Notes under the pieces: generated by a model
Seen by the model: only the letters and a program-made list of their open reading frames with translations
Database searches by the model: none
Told to the model about the DNA's origin: nothing
Made by a program: the position numbers and the translations under genes
Shown here: piece after piece, positions 47,101 through 59,100 of the stretch
How the letters are laid out: each line of letters begins with the position of its first letter
How positions within the stretch are numbered: the stretch's first letter is position 1
Source of the DNA: Antedon mediterranea
Taxonomy: Eukaryota; Animalia; Echinodermata
NCBI RefSeq assembly: GCF_964355755.1
Contig: NC_092673.1
Span: 32,547,648 to 32,611,647 of the forward strand
DNA length: 64,000 nucleotides
Direction of reading: 5' to 3'

Positions 47101-50100
47101 TTTACAATGCTTTCATTATTTTGTCACAGTTCAAATTACGCATTGTCCGTTCATACATAGTCGTTGTTGGATAAAGTAGGGCAAGAGGTAAAAACAAAGA
47201 TTTTCATGGCCTTTAAAAAACGAATGAGTGAGAATTCTTTTATGTCCGGATATAACAAGAATTAACGATTAAACTTGATCACCAAACTGAGACAGAAACT
47301 TTGAGAAACAAAACCTGAGCCTGAATAATAGTTGTACAGTCTCATTATTACATATCAAAGTTTAGACATTGAATGTTGGATTGATATGGTTAAAAAACAT
47401 ATTCTGTCCTATAAAATGAAGTAAACTTTTTAGAATTTGTGGTACTTATTTTTTATACCTATCTTATTTAAAACTGTAAATGATAAAATAAATCTAGAAC
47501 ATTTTATAATGGAAAGTTTACATTTATTGATTAATTGAACTAATTTAATAATAATAATAATAATAATAATTTAATTGACCATTGATTAATTACTGTATCA
47601 TTGATATTGATATTTTATGTCATTTGAATATTTAATATTTTATGTGTTGTACTGTATGTATGTTTTATCGAGGGCCCTGAATGATCAGTTCTATTAGGAA
47701 CTGGATAGGCTACCCTCAGTAAATATGGTAATAAATAAATAAATAAATAAATAAATAGTCAGCAATAAAATTACTTCATTTTAATCTTCAATTTTTTTTT
47801 ATCTGTATTTTATTGTTAACCGTTTTTGATGTTGTATTGTTTTATGTTTCAAACCTGTTAGTGGCGGTATTTATCGCTGTTGGTTTTGACTGAATAAAAA
47901 AAAAAAAAAAAATCTTCTTTTTTATTACTGTATCTCCCACCCGAAATACCAAAAACCATATTCTTTCCTTATATTTAGAATACAACTAGATATTTTTGAC
48001 CAGCCCAATAGTGACTGGTATTAATTGCACAGTAACTAATGCACTACACAAATCCATCAAACATAACTCCCTGGGGCGTTTATTGTTTAGGAGGGTTTTA
48101 GGGGCGTTAATTGGATGGAGGCGTTTATTCGGAGGAGGCATTTATTTTATTGGGTGTGGCATTTATTTTATTAGGTGTGGCATTTATTTTATTGGGTGTG
48201 GCATTTATTTTATTGGGTGTGGCATTTATTTTATTGGGTGTGGCATTTATTTTATTAGGTGTGGCATTTATTTTATTAGGTGTGGCATTTATTTTATTGG
48301 GTGTGGCATTTATTTTATTAGGTGTGGCATTTATTTTATTAGGTGTGGCATTTATTTTATTAGGTGTGGCATTTATTTTATTGGGTGTGGCATTTATTTT
48401 ATTAGGTGTGGCATTTATTTTATTAGGTGTGGCATTTATTTTATTAGGTGTGGCATTTATTTTATTAGGTGTGGCATTTATTTTATTAGGTGTAATGTGG
48501 TAACATGTACAAGCAAATAAATACCCCTAGATGTGTAGAAATACAACATAATTACTATATTGAGAAGTGATAAATTACACTGAAAATGGTATCAAAATGC
48601 TTGGTAATTAATCAATGAATTCTACTACAAATAGAAATGTGTTGTAATACAACATTGTATATATGTGGCAGGGCGTTTATTCGAGGAAATAGAATGATGT
48701 TCTATGGGGCATTTATTCAAGGATGATCAGAGTTATGATAGCTTTTGTTCATGTTTGCTTAGTATTAGACACTGTAGCATATTTGTATCGTTCTCGTTTT
48801 TAAGTGTTGAGGGCTTTTCGGTCTCCGCTATTTTGAGTCACCTCATTAAACAAAGTTTAATGAAAAACAATGAAAATCCTCTAAAATTAAATGTACCTTG
48901 CAACGCCACAGTAAAAAAGCAGTTAGTGTGACTAATCTCAGTTTACTGGGAACCATCAAGAAATACTGCTTTAACTGGTTTGGTGTGCTGTAATATTTAT
49001 CTGCCTCTTTACTCATCTCCTTTGATGCGTCATTCTGCACCAGTGCTACAGATTCTTGATCCTTTGCGATGTCAATGTGAAGGGGGTCGTGTAGAGATAT
49101 GCCAGCAAGTCGTTCTACACCTAAAAACAATTTATAAAACGTGAAAAAAAAAATTATTGTTTTGTATGTCATTACCGTACATGAAAATACATACAAAATT
49201 TTATGTTACAGATTTATTGTTTCAAATATAGAAACACAATAAAATATAATGAAAATCACACAAAAAACAACTTTAAAAAGCTTGTAAAATTCACTTCATA
49301 GGTTATTGTGAGTGTACATTAGCTAGAGACATAAGCTGGAAATTGTCGGCTTTATAGATAAGAATAAAAATGTTGAAAAGAAAATTGGCTATACACTATA
49401 TACGTCCCTAAATGCTACTATTAAACTTTGGCATCACAGCCGCCTTTATAGTACAAGATTAAGTTAACATTACTCATGTTAAAATAATACTAATATAACC
49501 TTATTTTCAATAGTATTTCATTACAGTTATTCTTTTTACAAAGCGCCTCACAATATCAGATTATATTTTTACATTTTGTTTCTTGTTTTTTTTATTTTTT
49601 GTTTCATTACAATGATGCTTTTACAAAGCGCTGCAGCCTCTCCGAAATATGATTTTTACGTGAATCACAAAACCATATTTTGTATCTTTGAAGACGATAT
49701 GCGCTTTGAAGAAATACAGGACATGAGTCAAAGAAGTTCAATCATTTTTTTACCAATTTCAACATCATCTAACAAGGTTGGTATAATAAATACAACATAT
49801 AAATTTAACTCAAAACTTGTCAATACGCTATATCTAATATCTTCAAAAATTATATAATATACTCGAATGCATAGGGACCAAAATTGAGACACAGCACACA
49901 TCAACTAAACACATTTTCTTTTGTATCCAGGCTTGTGTTACCTTCTGTTAATGTTGCCGACAGTAGTATGTTCTGTCGTGATTTACTTTGTTCATTTACG
50001 GCATTCATTATCATTGCAACATCCTTTTCAAAACCTATGTCTAACAATCTGTAAACAAAAAAAAACATTTGAAACTATTCATAAGATTACGAAAGACTTT

Positions 50101-53100
50101 TTGAAACACTTTCACAAGTTTTAAAGTTGTTTTCACTTTTCGAGTGACAAATACTCCTTTTCCGTCTAGCCTAACAAAACTGCAGTTCACGCACACACCA
50201 AGGTGCACATCATGACACACACCATACCAAATGATGGTGTTGATATTATTATTATTTATTATTATTATTACTTGTACTGTATAGCGCACATTTATACAAC
50301 ATTTAATTATAATCAGCGGCGCTTCACATCAATTAGTATCGTAACATTCTTTGAAATATAGTGCTTTTAAATGTTTTTTAAACTGATTATAGTCGTCTAA
50401 GTGCTTAATGTGACTTGGTAATCTGTTCCAAATTTTAGGTCCTGCTACGGCGAACGAACGGTCAGCAAATGTCTTTCGTTTAGTTCGTGGGATTGTCAGG
50501 TTATAATTGCTGGTGCTTGAACGAGTACTGCGAGAAACATTCCGCACAGTAAGAATATCTCTCAGGTAACTTGGAGCGGAACCTTTAAGCGAACGCCATA
50601 CAAGACACGCTATTTTGAATTGACATCTATGAGACATCGGAAGCCAGTGCAAGGATCGCATGGCGTTAGTTGCACTGTCATACTGACCTTTCCTGACAAT
50701 TATTTATTTTTTTTTTTTTATTTTTATTTTATTTCATCATCACCCTACAGTGACCAAACGTCACCATTAACAGGGCTGAAAGTCGTAAAATATAACATAT
50801 AATATACAAGCAAAAATCAACAGATAACAAGACAACATTTAAATATTACTGACATTAGACAAAACCTTGTGACGGAAACAAGCAAGGGAATCAAAAAAAA
50901 TATCAACAGATCCATCAATTTTACATAGTGAGTGGTATAACTTAGGCAAACGATTAACAAAACCATTTTTAGTAATATTTACCCTCCCTCTTGATATAGA
51001 AAATAAAGCAGGATAACGCAATTGATATTGTGGAACAGAAATAGGAAAGTACACTTCAAAATTACCATGAAAAATTGAGTTCACAGCCTTAAAAAGAAAA
51101 ATTAAATCAAATAACTTACGCCTACCCGCTAAATTAATAAGAACGTCTTTGCTAATAGAACCAAATTTACGCACATAAAATCGACAAAACTTGTTCTGTA
51201 CACTTTGAAATCTAGAAGACTGGGCAAGAGAAATAGAGTTAAAAATAACACTGCAGAATTCAAGATTCGACCTAACTAAAGATTTGTATAAAATAACTAA
51301 TGCCTTTTTATCGTTGATATGTCTGCAATGTCTCCAAAGAAAACCCAAAAGTCTATTGCATTTAGAGACTATAAAATCAATATGTTTACAGAAGGTTAAT
51401 GAACTATCTAAAAAAACACCAAGGTCTTTGTGAACAGAGACTCTTTCAAGTATAATATTCTTAATATAAAAGTCAAAATAGATGGGTTTTTTCTTAAGAG
51501 TAAAAGACATTGATTTGCATTTAGAGGCATTGACTGACATATTCCAAGTGTCGCACCAGTGAATGAGTCTGTCAACGTCTTCTTGTAACAACAACATATC
51601 ATTTGAAGTTTGTATAGACTTAAATAATTTAATATCGTCAGCAAACATAAGAACATTAGAATGACGAGGAACAAAGGAAAAATCGTTAATAAACATAATG
51701 AAAAAAAGAGGCCCCAAAATAGACCCCTGAGGCACGCCAGATAAAACTGGAAGCCATTCAGACGCGTTACCATCAAAAGTGACTCTCTGAAACCTGTCCG
51801 ATAAATAACTTGTAAAAAATAAAATTAAATCGTGATTTAGACCAAATTGTTGAAGTTTAAACAAGAGCAACTTATGGGAGACCCTGTCAAAGGCTTTAGC
51901 CATGTCTGTATATACAACTTCGCATTGCCCTTTTGCATTTATTGCGTCATACGCATGTGACAACAGAACAGACAAATTTGTTTCACAAGACCTTCCTGGG
52001 TAAAATCCGTGTTGATGGTCACTAATAACTGGTGATATATGTTTAAAAATTTGGTCGTGAACAATTTTTTCAAAAACTTTAGAAATAGTTGGCAACAATG
52101 AAACCGGTCTATAATTGCGTACATCAGATTTAGAACCAGCTTTAAAGATAGGGCACACGTTAGCTTGCTTCCATTTTATCGGAAAACGTTTCTCAGAAAT
52201 GCATCTTTCAAATAAAATTTTACAAGGGAAAGAAAGAGGTTTGGCAGCTAAAGACAAAACAATATTACTTAGACCATCATTACCTGAAGCCTTATGAGAA
52301 TCAATTTCATTAATGTGCTTTTCTATAACCTCCTGATTAAACTCAAGTTTAGATAAGCAATCGATGGGATATTCAGGAAGATTAGGAACATCCAAATCGT
52401 TGTTAACAGGACTAAAAACAGAATAAAAAAATTGGTTAAGTAAGTTTGCTTTGTCTTTTACAGTGTAAGCTGACTGATTATTAAAATGTAGTTCCGAAGG
52501 AATGTTATTATTATTTTTTCTTGAGGATTTTATCCAAGACCAAAAACGTTTCGGATTACAACTTAAATTACAACATAATGAATTAACATAGGTACGATAC
52601 TTAAATCTACAAAGTCGTTTAAAATTTGACCTAGCAAATCGAAAATTTTCAATATTTAACCTATTTGGATTACGTTTTTTTTCTCTAAAATATGATTCTT
52701 TAGATTTCAAAGCAGTGTAGAGCTCATTATCAAACCATGGTGGGAGTTTTCTCTTAGGTCTGAAAACAGGGACGAGATCTTTGATAGTAGCAAAAATAAA
52801 ATCATAAAATAAATTAACTGCCTCATCAATGTCAACGGCAAGATCAAGTAAATTCCAAGGAATATGAGAAAGTGTTTGTATAAAATCTAATTTGTTAAGT
52901 TTTTTAAAATTATATAACAATCGATCGTCATTATTGATAAGGTGTTTGTTAAACTCTATAGGATATTTAAAATTTATTGCACAGTGATCAGAAGTGAAAA
53001 TATCTTCACCGAATGAAACTTCATGGCATATAGTATTGCACAAGACAAGATCAAGAGTGTGATCGGCACATGTCGGAAAATATACAAATTGATTAAAATT

Positions 53101-56100
53101 ATTACCCTGTAAAATATTATCTATAAAAAATTTGCCATTGGAGTTGTCGGGAGCTTCACATTCTACAATATTGCACTTATTATAACTATTCAAACGCCAT
53201 TTTATCTCAGGTAGATTAAAATCTCCTAATAACATAACGTCATGATTGAAACCCTGAAATTCATATTGCACATTGTTTATAGATTCACAGAGACGATCGA
53301 TTTGAGATTTTGGTGCCGATGGTGGGCGATAATATATACCAATCGTTCATTTTCGCAGCTTGGTGCAGTAACCTCTTCATTGGAGCAAGGGTATTAGCAG
53401 GTAAACCATAATACAATGCATTGGCGTAATCAATATGTGACAGCACGAGCGATTGAACTAGTTGTTGGCAAAGGTCCTTGGAGAGAAATTTGCGGATTTG
53501 ACGAATATAGTATAAATTAACAGCTATCGTTCTGCATTTATCACGTATGTGGTTCTTGAAAGATAGCTGGTCGTCGATATTAACACCAAGGTATTTTACA
53601 GATGAACCACGTGGTATTCTGTCCTGACATACGATGATATGATCTTTCTCGCATTTCAGGAGTTGAGCTCTGCTTCCCAATAGTATGAACTCTGTTTTTT
53701 CACTGTTCATTTTTAGTCTGTTGGACTTCATCCAGTCGTTGATAGATATGAGGCACTCTTGTAATTTGGTGATTGTATTTTCCATACTAGAACTAGAATT
53801 TGGATTAAATGAATCATACACTGAGTGATCATCGGCATATCCCATCACAGAAATATCAAACTTACTGATATGATCTTGTAAAGTGCTGGCATATATGGTG
53901 TATAGAACTGGACCGCATATACTACCCTGAGGTACAGAAAAGGACAAATTGGCTGTCTCCGAGTTAGTTTCGCCGATTGTTACGTTGGCAAATCGAGGAC
54001 GAAGGTAAGTATCAAACCAGTTCAATGCCGCATTGGCCACTCCGAATTTGTTCTGCAAAACGTCGAGGAGTACTTCATGGTTCACTGTGTCGAAGGCGGC
54101 TGACAAGTCTATACATACCAGCGCAGACACCCTTTGCAGCTCCATATTCCAGAGTACGTCATTGGTTAACTTAACCAAAGCCGTCTCTGTGCTAAAACCT
54201 TTCCGATATTGATACCCCGGTATGAGTGTATACGCCAGAGTTTCGCTAGGTGAATTGAAAAGTACTATTGTGGAATGAGAACACTTTGAGCTAGGCCAAT
54301 TAAAGACACTAACCTGTCAGCTTCATCCAGCACAAACCATTTGAGTCCACTAAGGTCCAGTGATCTGGTGTTCTGTACATGATCCACCATCCTACCTGGG
54401 GTAGCTATCAGGATGTTGATTCCCTTACGAATCCTAGCTTTCTCAGCCTTCTTCTTCTCTCCTCCCATTATGCTTCCAGGAACAATCCACTGGAAAGGCT
54501 AAAAATAAACATATTTCATGAAGATACTTTTGGTTTTCCTGCACAATGTCACAACATACACATTAATCTGGGCTGATAAATGACTCTAATTTTCGAGTAC
54601 AGACACATGTGGCCCTTTCCATACAATTAAAAATATTAAATAAAATAAATATTTCTCTGAATAACCAAAATTATGGATGAACATCTGGGCATGTTTACAA
54701 ACTATGATAGCTGTGATGGCTTATGAAATGACTCCAATTTCCAAGTTGCTCACAACTTGTTTGTAAGCATGTACTGCACAGATACGAGTGGCCATTTAGC
54801 ACAAATCCATACAATTAAAAATACATATTTGTCTGAATAACCAAAAAAAAATGGATCGAAATCATAGGCCATAATATCATGTTGAATAAATTTCTTAATT
54901 CTGGTTAGTTACATGAATTATTTATTTCTTATTCTTCACCTATAAATAATATTTTTTGTGCAAAAAAAATGTAATTCAACTTACATATACTAGTTTTCTG
55001 AAGGTTTCAAAACTTTGCAAAGCCAACTATTGTAAAGAAAATACAGTTTATTATTGTTTGAAGGTTTTCATGGCAAAATCAATATGTTGATATAAAGTTT
55101 GTGTACATGTGACCTTTTATATTTAGTTCTGATAAGAACTGTTGGGTTATCTGAAATTTCGATCAATATAGTTTGATCGTCCTCAGGAAGGGAGAGAAAC
55201 AGATCTTTTCAGTTATTGTTACTACATGTATTTATGAAAGATGAATATGTTTATAAACTATATTTATTCACAACTCGTTCAATAAATATTGTTTTTACAC
55301 AAGATGTGATGGTCTACCACAAAAAAAGTTTTAGATGACAACATAACACAACTTTACTGATTAAAGTTTAGTGAGCTATTGAAACCCAGTGACATTGAAA
55401 AAAATCACAAACAGATATAAAATTCATAGTATACAGTATGCAGCCAATATTTACCATTTTAAGAAAATAGATATAAATATAAAATTCATAGTATATTAAG
55501 CCAATTTTAAAAAATTAGATAGAAAAAAATGTTAAAGCCTGAATACTAACCTCCCTTGTTGGTACCAAAACCAATGCATAGACACCATGTGACCTTGCAA
55601 CTGGTGGTTGCATTGCTTGTAAGCTTTGCACAATGGGTACAGCATAGGCTAAGGTTTTGCCTGTAGTAGTAAATTAGAAAATATATTGCATGAATGAAGT
55701 TAAATACAATGCAAGGAACAAAACAAACTTCAAGACAATATTATAGTATTGTGTCAAGCCTTTTCATTTGAGGTGAGCGAGTGCAATCACTCACCTAACA
55801 CACTCCTAAACTGCCCTTAAGGAGTGTGATTTACAATACGCTTAAATTTGGTAAACTTCTACACACCAAAATACAAACAGCACCCCTGAATGTATTGAGG
55901 AGTGCAATTTGTAGCACATCTACAATTTTAAAAAGACGTTTGGAAATTGGTGCTATTGGAGTTAGAATATCATCATATGGAAAATAGTATAATTGACAAA
56001 GAAAGTGTTAGGTTGTTTAAACAAAATGTGAATTCTCTGCATGGTAGTTATTGTGAAATGGTAGTTACTGATTGTGTTGGTAGCAATACTCTAGTAATGT

Positions 56101-59100
56101 TTTAGTGGCTGATGGAAATATACTGTAGTATTCCCCTGCACGTCACGTCAAAGTTTTGACTTTTAGTTCTGTGGTGCTGATATTATTGATGTTAGGTAGC
56201 ATTGGCAGTGTAAGGTGGTCGATGTTAGTATTGATGTTTAGTGTTGATAGTGATGTTATTGGTCAGTTAGTTATAGTGTTAATGGTGGTATCACTCAATA
56301 CTATATGGTCAACCAGAATACAAGGACAATTACCAGTTCCTGTTTGTGATTTGATTAGAACATCTTGACCACTGATGATTGCTGGGATAGCTTCCTTTTG
56401 AACGTGCGTTACTTGTGTTAACTTTAATCTTTCCTCCAAATTTGAAATCTAGAAAAATATAGTTAATGTACTTTAACATTATATACATAATTTTTTTAAA
56501 TTCTGCTTGAAGACAGGAAGGAGGGAAACACTTTTGAAAACACCAATTGAAAATAAGTAATACACTACCATAAAGGGATGTAGGCTTAGGTTCTGGAAGC
56601 TAGAGTCTGAAAATAAACCTTCCTTGTGTTGTTTTACATTGTTCCTAAAATTAAAAAAATATATATATATATCACTATTAGTAATTGTGCAAAATTAGTA
56701 GTATTTGAACAACAATTTATTAATTTATAGCAATATAAATAATAATAATAATTTAACTAGATTACGAATCTATGACGAATTATAGGTTATATGCATTGAT
56801 TTAAATAAAGATAATTGATTTTTAAAAGATATATTGATTGATTGATTTTCTCAGAATCTTTAATTATTTATAATATATGATAGGACCTTGCTAACGCGAA
56901 CACCATAGCCGGTATCACAATCCGATCAAAGATCCATATGCGTATAATGTCATAAACCACATTTGTTGTTACATAATAATAAAGACATAAGTTAATTTTT
57001 ATCTAGATTTCATTATAAATCATGTGTATAATCTATACACTAAGAAATAAATTTGAACAAACAATACGGATAATAAAAAAAAATCTTATTTCGTTTCCCA
57101 AGGTGAGACTCGATCTCGGTACCTTGAATGCCATAGACACGAGCACAGACCATCGAGCCATACACAACTGACTAAAAGTTGCAGAAAAATTCCTCCGTGT
57201 ATTTACTATGCAGTAACCAGTTTGGTGCAAATAGATTATTACATACCGCAATGAATTATAATTTTTTACTATGATGACATCTTAAAAATGTAAACAAATG
57301 ATGCACTGTCAAACTATATACTTTTAACTTTAATATATGAACTTTGGAAGGAAGAAAGTTAATGTTAAGTTTGTTATTTTGGCCTAAGAAAATGTCATAA
57401 TTTGTTTGATTGTCGAAATTATTTTTTTTAAATTTAATATGCAATTAATGATGACTTCATCAACTTTTGTTCTCTTAATTTGATAATAAATCATACATAT
57501 GATACATACACTTCAAGAAAATGAAATAAAAAATAGGTGTTCCCCTACATTCTGACGATATATATTAATTTTAAAATTTAGCATATTTTCACCATTTTGT
57601 TAACTTATACGTGCGTAGCCAGTCACTTTTGACGTACTCGTATAACGCAATTTCGAGTTGAAACGTGAATCAAATATGATGATATTATTAAAGAAAGATT
57701 GTAAAACAGAAATCGGGCAAAAAGAGTGCGCATTAACGTTTAACGCGCAGTGCGCGTGCAAAAATCGGCGCACTCATGGCAATTTTTTAAACGCTTAAAA
57801 TTGCCTGAAACGTACTCTAATTTCATCGAAAATAAATTTTGAACATTTTAAGCGCGCGTACGCAAGCGTTATATGCGCTACGCACGTAATTGTATTGCCA
57901 TATGATGAAATATGACCTGAAATTTATGAGTACCAAATTTTGTTTAATTGTGATTCATGCTTGTGAAGATATGATTACAAACGTGATTTCGTAAAATCGC
58001 GCGTAGACCGCGTAATTTTTGATTGCGCATCGTGAAAATATAACCACATCGATTCCTGGCCATAAGGAATATACTCTGAAAACTTGACTTAGCTAGATGA
58101 AACTGATGCCAAGATAAATCACGGACAAAATAGTGCTAAGGAAAGAATAAATAAATAAATAAATAAATAAAGATTTTGACAGAATCAAGAGGTTATATGC
58201 ATTAATGCATATAACCTAATTAAACCAGGTTTATATTAAATGTATGCACATGAATATTACGTGATAATAAAATACATTGTTCTTTGAAAATTAGAATCAT
58301 AGCATTTATGTAAAACCACTGTAAACATACTTTTTTACTGATTACATTTTTTTTATTTAGATACATACTTTTTTATGACTGGAATTTCTGGATTATTTTT
58401 AAACAATGATGATACAACTCCTTGAGTTGTATCATGTTTAAAGTTATTAGAAACTGACGGCTGCTCACTAGAATTTTTTGTTTTCAATTTCTTCGCTGGT
58501 GGTAACATTGATTGGTTTGAGTTATTCTTTGTTTTTAAATCGGTTGTTAAGCGTTTCATAGAGTTTTTAGGCGGAGACTTCCCGGATGTTTTCTGCCATT
58601 TTTCCCTCTTGGCTGGAACATTCTGAAATCTGTTAAACTAAATAAACAAAAAAGCAAACAACAATTACAGACTGATGACTGCAATTACACTTTACTTAAA
58701 AGTTACAGTAAGACTCAATGAATGATTGATTGAATGTTATTATATTATTATTACTAAAAAGACTTATTCTAATAAATATTTTGGGTTTTAATTGCATTTA
58801 ATAGGCTGCAGCTCCACTGCTACTACAGACATCTCGATCAGCTAGGCCAGACAAGAAATACTCGTAGACGCCGTGCATACGTGGCTGGGCCGGGTACCGT
58901 CTATCAAGATAGGCCTACAAATTCATATACAATTTAACTAGGCCTAGCTAGGCCTACTAGGCCTATACTTTCTTTCTTAGCCTAATTTTTTACTAGCTTT
59001 ATTATTAATACTATAGGTAGCCTGTATTTTTTATTTAAGATTATATATTCTGTCAGTTCTCACATTTTTCGAATCAGGTTTTGGCCTACTTTCTGTTGAA

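Larger units (their letters stand above)
50246..54208 (-). mobile_element. 5'-truncated L2-clade LINE (host; pieces 53348-54208 and 50246-50700) in DDX31 intron 7
   Basis: RT motifs [33 protein letters not shown] and YADD; C-terminus [18 protein letters not shown]; L2-type 3' end AAGCGC..GCGCTATA with a (TAA)n tail; candidate 6-bp TSD TTGATA (+ strand) at 50240-50245 and 54209-54214. Confidence 0.88.

Noticed and set aside
47996-48520. 174-aa and 130-aa repetitive hydrophobic ORFs
   Set aside because: Translations of a 21-bp minisatellite inside a DDX31 intron.
50190-50240. C/D-box snoRNA or scaRNA in DDX31 intron 7
   Set aside because: ATGATGT is not a canonical C box and I found no suitably placed CTGA D box; kept only as an unexplained hairpin.
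53285-54178. A 297-aa RT and an 810-aa RT as a two-gene or frameshifted system
   Set aside because: Explained as two unrelated LINEs, one nested in the other; the last 19 aa of the 297-aa ORF are out-of-frame read-through into the insert.
57095-57175. Functional tRNA gene
   Set aside because: Degenerate B-box and no consistent cloverleaf; treated as a tRNA-derived repeat.
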